DNA from: Macrostomum hystrix
Lineage: Eukaryota; Animalia; Platyhelminthes
Direction: 5' to 3'
Assembly: GCA_950097015.1 (NCBI GenBank)
Contig: CATNEN010000003.1
Location: 7,874,001-7,938,000, forward strand
DNA length: 64,000 nt
The notes below the pieces were generated by a model. That model ran no database searches. It was given only the letters and a program-made list of their open reading frames with translations, and had not been told where the DNA came from. The position numbers and the translations under genes are program-made. This document shows, piece by piece, positions 1 through 12,100 of this stretch. The stretch's first letter is position 1. Each line of letters starts with the position of its first letter.

Positions 1-1159
1 GAGCATGTTAGTAGAATGCAGATGTGTGAATACTTTCTCTCCCACCAACCAGCTCATCCCTTATGGTCATAGATAAACACTTCCAAGCATGTAGACCATT
101 TTGCTTTATATTTCTCCCACACTGAACATTTGCCAGACAAGTTCCCTAGAACCCCAGAAGCAGCCCCAGTTTGTTAAGTGAAAAAAGCAACCTTAATGAT
201 TGAAATTCTAAGTTGTTGCATGAATTGAAAATGAAACTTTTCAAAAAATGATTAATGAAAGATTTAAAAAAGATTGCTAAGAGGTCCTATATCATATAGG
301 CCTACTATTATCTCTAGTTAGGCCTAGGCCCCAATAGGCCTAATAACAAGTAAATTTAGACTTTTTAGTTTTTAAAGGATAAATTGTACAATAACACTAC
401 GGCCAAACCTAAAGAAAAGATAGAAAAAAGGCAGAACATCAATAGAAGGGGAAATGATTTTATTTTTCCCTTAGGGGCCTATTGGTTGCTTTCTAAAACC
501 CAACAATACAAAAAAACTACAAAAAATTAGTAAAGCTATAAGATCCAGGGCATCAATCTATCATAAAATTAAAGAAGAGAGTCTAAAGACAAAGTTTATT
601 TAATATACATTTATACTACATCGGTAATAAATACAAGTTTCCAAATAAAATTCCTTATCTTTAGTTATTGGCCTAGTCATAGATATTACTAACAATGTCA
701 ATTTTTTCTTTTTTTACTCTGGGTTTTCTTTTGACAGAAACAACAGGTGTTAATGATAGGACTGTATTACAATGCGTTATAGGCCTAAGCACACTCAGTG
801 CTCTATAGGCACATTTGCTACTAGAACAATGCTAAACGTCAGACAAATTATTTAAACTTTTTTTCTAAGAAAAGAAACAGTTAAGCAAAGTTTTAATACT
901 TTCTAATAGTAATTTAGGCTGACCACGTGAGAAAAAGAATTTTTTGCTACCTAAACCTTGAGTTTTGTACGAAAAGTTTTTATTTGTGTATACTTTTGAG
1001 TACACATACTTTTCTTAAAGGCATTACGTATGGCATTTAGTGCATAAAGACACACGACTTAACGACGAGCGTAGGCCTACTGTTCTAGTTAGCCAGTTCC
1101 GTAGGGCCTAATTCTCACTAAAATATTTACGTCATTTTCTATCCTGATTGACAGCAGCA

Positions 1160-2820
1160 ATGCTTGGCGCACAAGCGCGCTTGCTTTTGCGATTAATTCC
1201 TAGGGCTAATCACTATGCTAATAATTTTTCGGCTAGCCTAACAACACTGTGCACCCCCACTTTTCCCAGCAACAGTCAACTCCAAAGCTTACGTTTTTGT
1301 TCCTGGCCCATCAAACGGGTCACGCAGACAAAAAACATTGCGCTTGTAGGGCAATATCTTCTGCCTCGAAGGTATCTTGCTGGTGGCAATGACAAGGAGG
1401 ACTATATTGTACATCAAAATTCATTGACTGAAGCAGAAAAGAAATCAATTGATTCCTCTGTTGCAAAGGATTATGAGGTTTGTAATAAAAGAGTATAACT
1501 TTTTTCAACCTCTGTAAATCAAATTTGTTGCAAATTTAATGTATGTATAATATATACATTACTTATATTGTTACTTATACCTAAGTAATAAATAGATACC
1601 TAAGCTAAACAAAAGTATATTTGAGCTACATTTTATTTACAATGTACATATAGGCCCTATAATTATTTGTCAATGTTATAAAATTATTTGTTAATATTTT
1701 TCTTCAACTAAAATGACAATTATTTTATTTATAGGCCATTCTGCCAGTGTAGTGTAATTCTGGCAGATTTATTAATATTTATTTTTGTTTTATTGCTATT
1801 CAGTACAACTGTGCGACTTAGTTTTTGCTCTATATATGACTTAGTTTGCTCTCATTTGCTCTCTTTTTCTCTCCCCTTTTTTCCTTTTCTTCACGCCTTC
1901 CTTTTTTGTCCCTTGGTCCCGCCTTTGATTTTTTTGCGCTTGGTTGATTTTGTGACTTACCTTGCTGGCACTCATTTCACCCGGCCAACTCGGCCGGGTG
2001 TTGCGCATGTATGACTGCCATGCAAAATGACTATATCTATTGTCTACTTTAATTTTTAAATAGGACCTGTAGCTATAGTCAGCAATCATTATAAGGGTCC
2101 TAACTAAACCAGTGACAATGAAAGCAATTCTGCAATCAGGAAGGTGCTTTGAATTCTAAAAAACAAATATTGCAACATTCTGTTGCTGATATCTGTTTGT
2201 ATGGTACAACACTGCCATTCTGTCAAGCACTGTTGTTAAATGTCTTCTGATTACTAAAGGCATCCTCCATGCTTAGTATTCCCCATTCTCTGATTCAAAT
2301 GTGGTAATGCTAGTGCTGCTGAGGCAACCAGCACTTCGTACTGTCAGATTTTATCAGAAATATTCAATAGGCAACTAAAATTATGACATTGTATCATCAT
2401 TGACAAACTTGAGAATTGCAGATATAAATTAATTTCTAACAGATGTATATTTTTAGCATATAGTACTGGTCAGTTCTTATGTAGTATTCTAAGAATATAT
2501 TTACATGCTTATTGTTTCTAACCCACTGGCAGGACTGGGTGCCCTATGGTTACTGCATGACCGACAAGGAGGAGGACATCTTCCGCTACAAGATGTTCAT
2601 GATATCCGCATTCACAGTCGGCTTCGTCATCTTTCTCTACATCTGGTTGCACCTGCCGCCTAGGAATAGGCGCGAATGGGTCACTCGAGAGGCCTACCTG
2701 GAGTTAGAGCGGCGTCAACAACTTGGCCTGTCGCTGGTTGATCGAAACCTAATACCGGCCGACCAGATCATGCTACCTAGCCTAGAAGAGCTTGGCGACG
2801 ACTATGAGATCATTATCTAA
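1160..2820 (+). CDS. NDUFB11: NADH dehydrogenase 1 beta subcomplex subunit 11 (ESSS family), 2 exons: 1160-1477, 2533-2820
   Basis: ATG 1160 opens an Arg/Ser/Leu-rich targeting-like N-terminus. A phase-0 intron runs from GAG|GTTTGT to GGCAG|GAC. Exon 2 reads WVPYGY, a TM helix, then REWVTREAYLELERRQQLGLSLVDRNLIPADQIMLP, resembling the ESSS C-terminus (EWARREA...GLP...I.LP). AATAAA at about 2858. Confidence 0.85.
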
Positions 2821-3334
2821 TTGTCCAACAGTCCTGTTCGTTGGGCCATTTAACTAAATAAACACTCAAAACTTGTTTAGTGTTTAAATTATAATTAAAG
2901 GCGCAAACTAGAACGGTTAATAATAATCATAAAGCTAGCTACTTTAAGTAGTAGCCCGCTATTTTGTAATCTAAAAAATACAACAAGCCCGTTGCTGTTG
3001 GTATCCTATTGTGTGAGCTACCAGAAAAATTACTGCTCGTTTCATCTAGAATTTTGAAAATTTTCAGTTCCCTGTTCATAGACTGCTCGCTAACAACTCG
3101 CTTTATTCCCAGCTGTCCCTTTAGAATTTACAATATACGCATAACTATCTATCTGTTTAGAAACTACAATTAGTATGCAAGAGGGTAGAGTTAAAGGAAG
3201 TAACGATAAATAGCATTTCGACTTGATTTAATTTCTTCTGTTTTGGTCGCCTTATTCTCGAAATTGCATTTGATAAAGTATTCCATAACATGGTATAATA
3301 TACAAGTGCTTTTTCTATGCAATATCGATTTAGG

Positions 3335-4138
3335 AATTTACCCACAGGAGAATCGATTGCAGACCAACTGCACTCTCAAGAGATTTACCTGCAGGAGAAT
3401 TGACTGCAGACCAATTGCACTCTCAAGAGATTTACCTGCAGGATAATTGACTGCAGACCAATTGCACTCTCAAGAGATTTACCTGCAGGATAATTGACTG
3501 CAGACCAATTGCACTCTCAAGAGATTTACCTGCAGGATAATTGACTGCAGACCAATTGCACTCTCAAGAGATTTACCTGCAGGATAATTGACTGCAGACC
3601 AATTGCACTCTCAAGAGATTTACCTGCAGGATAATTGACTGCAGACCAATTGCACTCTCAAGAGATTTACCTGCAGGATAATTGACTGCAGATCAACTGC
3701 ACTCTCAAGAGATTTACCTGCAGGATAATTGACTGCAGACCAATTGCACTCTCAAGAGATTTACCTGCAGGAGAATTGACTGCAGACCGATTGCACTCTC
3801 AAGAGATTTACCTGCAGGAGAATCGACTGCAGACCAATCGCACTCTCAAGAGATTTACCTGCAGGAGAATCGACTGCAGACCAATCGCACTCTCAAGAGA
3901 TTTACCTGCAGGAGAATCGACTGCAGACCAATCGCACTCTCAAGAGATTTACCTGCAGGAGAATTGACTGCAGACCAATCGCACTCTCAAGAGATTTACC
4001 TGCAGGAGAATTGACTGCAGACCAATCGCACTCTCAAGAGATTTACCTGCAGGAGAATTGACTGCAGACCAATCGCACTCTCAAGAGATTTACCTGCAGG
4101 AGAATCGACTGCAGACCAACTGCACTCTCAAGAGATTT
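3335..4138. repeat. 47-bp minisatellite, about 17 copies (GAGATTTACCTGCAGGAKAATYGACTGCAGACCAATYGCACTCTCAA)
   Basis: Head-to-tail near-identical units with no spacers. Confidence 0.95.
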
Positions 4139-4424
4139 ATAAGAGCGAAAAATGTAGTAATTGACTTGTGCTCAGTGTTTTCCAATTTTACAAAGTTCGT
4201 CGTTGGCTGAATTAAAGGATCAACTCATAAAGAAACAAAAGCATGTTTAAGCTCACCAATGTAGCCATTATCAAAAAGTGTCTTTGTGAGACAGTCGCGG
4301 AGAGAAAGCTTCGAGGAACTATTCTCAAGTGAGAGGAGAGAGTGGGCACACCTGTGTCAGTGTACGTGTACTTAGTGTACTTAGGGACCGTGGTGCGAGA
4401 GGCAAACGCATTAACCGATTCCAT

Positions 4425-4680
4425 GGCGGTCTCACATTTATTTGGGGCGCAGCCGCAGATTGAACGCTTGGGGGCTAGCTTGTCCTGCAGTTTACGCCCT
4501 TTAGGGCCAACCTCCAAGGTACTGTGAGAGTGTACACTGCGTGACGATGAGAAAGTCAGTGCAGATGTACACACCTGTGTGAGCATATGCCTGCGAACGT
4601 AATCTATGTGTGCTCAGAAGTCAGCGGAATAGGGGTGGAACTGCCTCATCGCTGGCTGCGGGTTGACTGTCGCCAAGTGG
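4425..4680 (+). mobile_element. Unclassified fold-back dispersed element, copy A (diverged, about 50-bp internal insertion)
   Basis: Shares GTGAGAGTGTACACTGC.TGACGATGAGAAAGTCAG.GCAGATGTACACACCTGTGTGAGC...TCGCTGGCTGCGGG with copies at 25043, 25631, 27675, 48284 and 61555. Confidence 0.75.
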
Positions 4681-4759
4681 AGTAATGAAGTGCGACTGCA
4701 TTCACTACGACCCTTGTTTATACCATTGCTTTCACTCTCCCTTAGCCTTCAATCAAAGT

Positions 4760-5590
4760 TCAATTTAGCGGCGAGACACACTCGCACAATACATCAGTTG
4801 GCGTGCTGAGCTCGGAGAAGTCTGACAGCATTGTGTGATTGTTCCAACGGCCGACAACGTTCTCATTCAACAAGCCGCGGTTGTCGGGCTCGCCGCTCCC
4901 CCACAGGCTGCCGTCCAGGCTGATGTTGCAGGCGAACCAGTACCAGCCACCGGCTGGCTCCTCGCTGCCTGGAGCTTGGACGCCTCCGAGCCAGAAGGAG
5001 CGCCCGCTGCTGTAGGCGCTGAAGAGCATGTCAATGTGGCTCATCTCGGTAGCGTCAGTCACGTCAGTCATCATCACCAGACCGCTCTCCGACTCGCACT
5101 TCTGTCTACCACTTGACCAATTGCCAGCGTTTTCGTACAGCCTGTACTTCACTCCGCACAGGTCGTCTCCGTAGCCAGTCGGACACAGCTGGCCAGCCTC
5201 GAGTCCCGGCTGCTGCTTCACAAACACCTGGCCTCTCCTGGAGCAGCTGCAGTCCCTCACCGACTTGCTGCACTTGTCGAACACGAAGAGCTGACACGGA
5301 CCGTCAGCCATGGTGAAGGCCTGGCAGCGCCGGTTGACGCTGCAACGACCGGCGCAAGCGATCTTAGATTTCACCTGGCTATAGCTCTCGATAAACTCGC
5401 TGTTGATGCATAGTAAGCCATCGATTTGAAGGAAAGATTGGGCTAATTGATCTCCCACAATTAGTTTGCTTCTAATCAGAAAGATTATTAACAGCGGCCG
5501 GAAGAAATTGGCGATGTCTGACGTCATTTTAAGATTAAAAAATGTTTCCTTTTTTATTGCGGAATAAATTCTTGAAACTGCATGTATCAT
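4760..5590 (-). CDS. Secreted PAN/Apple plus C-type lectin domain protein, apparently intronless (likely start ATG 5527)
   Basis: Hydrophobic signal-like segment, then a PAN-like SKIACAGRCSVNRRCQAF...CQL, then CTLD motifs CPTGY, W...RQKCE, FWLGG, WYW, WGSGEPDN and terminal VLCE. Confidence 0.8.
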   Translation of the reverse strand: MIHAVSRIYSAIKKETFFNLKMTSDIANFFRPLLIIFLIRSKLIVGDQLAQSFLQIDGLLCINSEFIESYSQVKSKIACAGRCSVNRRCQAFTMADGPCQLFVFDKCSKSVRDCSCSRRGQVFVKQQPGLEAGQLCPTGYGDDLCGVKYRLYENAGNWSSGRQKCESESGLVMMTDVTDATEMSHIDMLFSAYSSGRSFWLGGVQAPGSEEPAGGWYWFACNISLDGSLWGSGEPDNRGLLNENVVGRWNNHTMLSDFSELSTPTDVLCECVSPLN

Positions 5591-5772
5591 CTATATATCA
5601 GAGTTTGCAATCCAGTGTTTTTTAATACGAGCTAAGCATAAGGGAGAAACGCTTTTTGATTGGATGTCTCAGCAGCTAATAGAGCTGTATCGCAAATCAC
5701 TGGATCTCTGAATCCATTATTTTTTTTCAATAAATTCTTGGAATTGATTTTTGGTTGAAACCCAGCATAAAA

Positions 5773-7550
5773 TGGACACCTCAGTGTCAAATTGCTGGAC
5801 ACCCAGTCTGTGTCTTTGATGTGGACACCCAGTCTGTGTTATTGAGGTGGACACTCAGTTTGTGTCTCTGAGATGGACACTCAGTTTGTGTCTCTGAGAT
5901 GGACACTCTGCAGTTTGTGTCTCTGACATTGACACCCAGTTTGTGTTTTTGAGATGGACACCCAGTCTGTGTTATTGAGATGGACACTCAGTTTGTGTCT
6001 CTGATATGGACACTCAGTTTGTGTCTCTGATATGGACACTCAGTTTGTGTCTCTGACATGGACACTCAGTTTGTGTCTCTGACATGGACACTCAGATTGT
6101 GTCTCTGAGATGGACACTCAGATTGTGTCTCTGAGATGGACACTCAGGTTGTGTCTCTGAGATGGACACTCAGTTTGTGTCTCTGATATGGACACTCAGT
6201 TTGTGTCTCTGAGATGGACACTCAGTTTGTGTCTCTGACATGGACACTCAGTTTGTGTCTCTGACATGGACACTCAGATTGTGTCTCTGAGATGGACACT
6301 CAGATTGTGTCTCTGAGATGGACACTCAGGTTGTGTCTCTGAGATGGACACTCAGTTTGTGTCTCTGAGATGGACACTCAGTTTGTGTCTCTGAGATGGA
6401 CACTCTGCAGTTTGTGTCTCTGACATTGACACCCAGTTTGTGTTTTTGAGATGGACACCCAGTCTGTGTTATTGAGATGGACACTCAGTTTGTGTCTCTG
6501 ATATGGACACTCAGTTTGTGTCTCTGAGATGGACACTCAGTTTGTGTCTCTGACATGGACACTCAGTTTGTGTCTCTGACATGGACACTCAGATTGTGTC
6601 TCTGAGATGGACACTCAGTTTGTGTCTCTGACATGGACACTCAGTTTGTGTCTCTGACATGGACACTCAGATTGTGTCTCTGAGATGGACACTCAGATTG
6701 TGTCTCTGAGATGGACACTCAGGTTGTGTCTCTGAGATGGACACTCAGTTTGTGTCTCTGATATGGACACTCAGTTTGTGTCTCTGACATGGACACTCAG
6801 TTTGTGTCTCTGACATGGACACTCAGTTTGTGTCTCTGACATGGACACTCAGATTGTGTCTCTGAGATGGACACTCAGATTGTGTCTCTGAGATGGACAC
6901 TCAGGTTGTGTCTCTGAGATGGACACTCAGTTTGTGTCTCTGAGATGGACACTCAGTTTGTGTCTCTGAGATGGACACTCTGCAGTTTGTGTCTCTGACA
7001 TTGACACCCAGTTTGTGTTTTTGAGATGGACACCCAGTCTGTGTTATTGAGATGGACACTCAGTTTTTGTCTCTGATATGGACACTCAGATTGTGTCTCT
7101 GAGATGGACACTCAGATTGTGTCTCTGAGATGGACACTCAGGTTGTGTCTCTGAGATGGACACTCAGTTTGTGTCTCTGAGATGGACACTCAGTTTGTGT
7201 CTCTGAGATGGACTCTCAGTTTGTGTCTCTGAGATGGACACTCCTTTTGTGTTATTGAGATGGACACCCAGTCTGTTTTTGAGATGGACACCCAGTCTGT
7301 CATTGAGATGGGCACCCAGTCTGTGTCATTGAGATGGGCACCCAGTCTGTGTCATTGAGATGGACACCCAGTCTGTCTTTGAGATGGACACCCAGTCTGT
7401 CATTGAGATGGACACCCAGTCTGTGTCATTGAGATGGACACCCAGTCTGTGTGTTAAAGATGGACACCCAGTCTGTGTTAAAAGATGGACACCCAGTGTA
7501 GCTCTGTGACTTTTAGAAATGGACACCCCTGCAGTTTGTGTCAGTGAGAT
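5773..7550. repeat. 26-bp minisatellite (GAGATGGACACTCAGTTTGTGTCTCT), about 65 copies with higher-order blocks
   Basis: Direct tandem units. The reverse-complement family is at 22395-22855. Confidence 0.95.
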
Positions 7551-7595
7551 GGAACACAGTCGATTTTTGTCAGTCGTACGACAAACAAAGGTTTG

Positions 7596-7722
7596 TTTGA
7601 GTTAAAGGTTTCTCAAGGGTTTCTCAAAGGTTTCTCAAAGGTCTCAAAGGTTTCTCAAAGGTCTCAAAGGTTTCTCAAAGGTCTCAAAGGTCTCAAAGAC
7701 TCAAAGGTTTCTTTGAGTTAAA
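7596..7722. repeat. Short 9-11 bp repeat (GGTTTCTCAAA) bracketed by direct TTTGAGTTAAA
   Basis: Visible tandem units. Confidence 0.7.
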
Positions 7723-9180
7723 AGCGAATCCATCAATTTGTTGCTCTTTACGATCGTCCTACAATCAATTATTGTAGTGCTCTAAATGCGTTTGCAATCA
7801 TGCGGATAGTTTAGCAGGTGTTTGTGCCTGGATCTCTCAACAATGTCAATGTGTGCGCTTTTTATTCAATTTTTGCTGCGTTTTATCTTTGTGAAATGGC
7901 GCTTTCAAATCATGCGTAATTCTATTCACTACGATGCAAAAATCGGCGAGTCATTGTTTATCATTTCGGCAACGATCGAGCGGCGACACGCTTCTGTGCA
8001 CCTGCTTAACAATTTGAAATCCCTAACAATTAACAGCATATTGTATAATTATCACGGTATTTTTTTTTATTTAGCCTGCTGCTGCTGCTGTGTTCAACTG
8101 AATAGCTCATGCAGCACATGTGGTTTAAAAGGCTTAGAATGTGAAGCTATACGTCTCAAGAAAGTCAGGACACGGCCCCTTCAATTATTCAAAGATCAGT
8201 ATAGCTCCCATGAGATTGTCAAGCGGATAGCATGTGAGATTGTGGGAAACTTCTAGAGGATAAAACGAGATGACATTAAATAGCTTGCGATCTCAGTGTA
8301 AAATAGATATGGAATAAAACAGCCGGTTGGGTCATGAAGGACCACTTTAGTACGTATATAGTAATCCATCTACACCACTAGGTCCTTGACTTAATCAAGG
8401 GCATAGTATGATATATCGTAGGTCTTTGTAATATAAGTGCATGCAATTTTATTTGTAATTTTCTCAGGTCTTAAGAACGCATTTTGCCTCAGCAAAATTA
8501 AGGGGTAGTATAATTGCTTGTAATTCTCTAAATCAAGGAAAATTAACACATAAACCAACATCCTTATTTGCTGAGACTTTTATTTGAAACTGTAAAATAA
8601 ATTAAAATCGCTTATCAAAAATTAGGACACTTTGTACGTTTCACACCTGAAAAGTGTGCAAACTGTATAATATGGAATTAACTAACGCAGCAGTTTGTTA
8701 CTTTTAACTCCGGTAATAAACAGAATAACACAAATGGGCAATTTTATATAGAAACGAGAGCTAAAAAACAGCCCTATTATATGTTTTTGATTTTTTTAAT
8801 AATTTTTATATTATATTACTATCTTGATGAGCTCTGATGTAAAAGTATGGAAATATTTCTTGTAAAATGTGTTGATTCAATTTATTCCATAACTGATTAA
8901 ATACATCGCTGGACTTGTTTGTTGGCGTTGGCTGACAATTTACAATATGGCATTAAACGTATGCTAATTACTGTGAATTTAGACATTTACATTTGTTTTT
9001 ACGCAGTGCTTTCACATGTCACACCCAAACAGACCTAGCCAGCACTCTTATTTTATTTAGCGGCTGTGTAAACTGGCATATTATTTAGCTCGCAATAATC
9101 GTTGCTTGTATTTATTTTAAAACCCAGTTATCTTATTTATCTGTCTGCATGAAATCTGAAGATCTGAAGAAATAGAAATC

Positions 9181-12100
9181 ATGCAGAAGAACATTATTCG
9201 ATCAATAAACTTCAATGAAGATTTCTGTAAGTGTTCAGATGCGGCTATCAGTTTATTTTTAATTATTCATAAATAATAATAATGACTAATAATGTATTCT
9301 TTTTTAACCTAGTGAATAATAATAGCAAATTCATAGACCCAGCTAACAAAATTGCTAAGAAATAAAAAAATGTCTTGTTTAGTTTCATTGTATAAAATTT
9401 CTTAATCCATCAAACCATTTTTGTGTGTTTGCAATGTGCTTTTGATCCATAGTCCGGATCATGTCGTTTACACCGGAGATCTCCGGCGTAAATCTGGTTT
9501 GGGATCGGAGGCTGGCGTAAGTGCTTGGCGTAAGTATAGGCCAAAATGTGCCTTGGCGTAAGTGCTTGGCGTAAGTACATGGCATAAATCAAGTGGCGTA
9601 AATGTTAGCACAAATGAGATCATTCACGATCAAATGTATCACTATAGAACATAACACATTTGTGTTAATTATAATGTTTGCGTTAATTAGGAGCAGCATT
9701 AAAACAAAGTTCATTAAAATATTGCAGTTCGTATAAATGAGATAGCAGAATATCTATTGTAGGATAGCAAAAGTTTTTTTAGCTTTAAGATGCTTACTTT
9801 GATACTTGATTCAGAATTTGCAACTTGTGAGATTTTTAAACAGTTGCAACTTCTGAATTTAATTAATCACCGATTAACATGATTTGTGAAGGACCTTTTT
9901 TGGGTGGCGTAAGTCAGAGGGACCTTTTTTGGTTGGCTCAAGTCTGGCGTAAGTGCCAAAAAATGTTGGATTTTTCCTCCGGCGTAAGTCCAGCATGATC
10001 CGGACTATGGCTTTTGATAAGGTTCCAGTCCACCTTGGTGACAAACTACTTTGGCAACAACCATTTTGGTAACAAGTGACTTAAGTGGCAACCATTTTGG
10101 CAAAAATTTATGAATACTTTTTTAATGGCAAGTAAATAAGAAATAATCCACAGCATTTTTTTCACTGATGGCACAAGCTGTTTTGTAACTTTCTATTTAA
10201 ATGCATCACTTTAAGTTTATATGCACATACTAAAATTGTAGTATAAGTTTAAAGTTATAAGTATAACTAATAAGTAAAGATGTAAGTAAATTGATGCTAA
10301 GAAGGTTTTATTATTTTAGATATAGTCAGTGTACTCATCTTAACATGTTGCCTAATTTATAGAAGAAAAGTCATAAGTACTTTTTTACTTCTGTTCTGTA
10401 AGAGAAGTACAAATTCTCTATTAAATATAGTAAAAGCTCTAGCTATCAAAATTTACTAGACACTGCCACTTTATATTTTGTTTGACACAATTCTTTATAG
10501 CAAAATATATTTGTTACTAAAATGGTTATTGTTAAAGTGACTTGTTACTCAAGTGGATTATTTTAGTATATTAGCACTCACAAATCTAATTTAACATGTT
10601 TCATATTAGAATCTTATAAAATCTTAAGCAAGCTAAGGTAATATAAATTTTTGTGTTGAGGTCTATTGAATAACATTTGTAAAAATTTGAGCATGGGAAA
10701 CTCTAAAGAAATAGAAACTAGATTTAATACTTGCAATAGTTCAATTAACCACTTTTGTGTCTATACAATATACATTGTGTCTAAAAGGCACATACATAGG
10801 TATACATAACTTCACATAGCTATATTCATAGCTCTTTATAGTGTCTGTAATTTGCTATGGATTTTACCAATCAGGAATAGGTTGTTAGAGAAGAAAAGCC
10901 ATAAAAAGGGTAATTTTAGACCAAAACTATTATATGATATTGATATGTAGGGTGAAATTTTTGATTAACAGCTCCTAGCTTTTATGTTCACCAAATTTTT
11001 ATCTAAGAAATAAAAAGGAAAAGAAAAAAGTGTCTGTTAAAAGAAGCATTTTTACAATTACTTCAAAACAAGTCTCAAAACTAAAGCTGTTGGTTTTTTA
11101 ATGTTTTAAGTTTGGATGTTATATTTTGCTTTAAATACTGGGCTTCAAAATATTTTCATAAAATTAACTATAATTAACTATAAATAAGCTAGAAACCAGT
11201 CTTTTGTAAGTTAATTAATTTTGAAATATTATTATTTTGATAAATATTTTCACAATTTCCTTATATCTTATTGTTTTTAGCTTGCTTCACCTGCTGCCCA
11301 GATAATGGTGTCCTAGTTTTCAATGTCAATCCATTGGCCTATTTAGGCCAGCTTGGTAAGTGTCTATTTGTAATCTTCAAAACTGTTAAGAAATGTACCA
11401 ATCGAACATTCTTCTTTATTATTCAGATGGAGAAAAACTGGGCAGTTTGTCATCTGCCAGTATGCTGGGTCGCAGTAATTTATTTGCTCTAGTTGGCGGT
11501 GGCAAAACTCCAAAATTTGCTGAAAATGCTAGTAAGTTTAATTTGTTTTATTGTTTTCTTATCTTCTGACTCTTTAATTCATACAATATCTTTTCATCTT
11601 TTCAGTTATCATCTGGGATGAAGCAAAAAAAGATTTCATCATGGAATATGCTTTTAATTCGCCAGTGTTGGGTGTCATTCTACGAAAGAACTGGTTAGTT
11701 ATTTTAGGCATGGTCATGGCCTAACAAAATTGTCAATATTCAATTTGCCGATATGTTGCAAAAATTCTAATTCCTTTGTAAGATTTATTGACTGTGTGGG
11801 AACTTGTTGAAATGTTTTATGTTAGAGCAATTTCTAGATTCAATTTCAGCTTTCAAAAATTTCTTTGTTTCTTTCGATTCATGTAACTAGGTTTACAAAG
11901 AAAGTACAATTTGATGTTATTGCCTATATGTATTGAAATAGCTTACTTATATAGCTGACAAAATGCTGCAGCCATCCATTTAACCTAATGACAAAGTTCG
12001 GCACCCGAATTTCTAGCTGAGCCAATCTTGGTAAAACATCTCAACCTTTACAGCTGGGTGAACTGAAGCAATCGGGAATTAATTAGCGGAGAGATCGAAC

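Noticed and set aside
7822-8256. 144-aa ORF
   Set aside because: Non-ATG start in the track, AT-rich, no motif or splice support.
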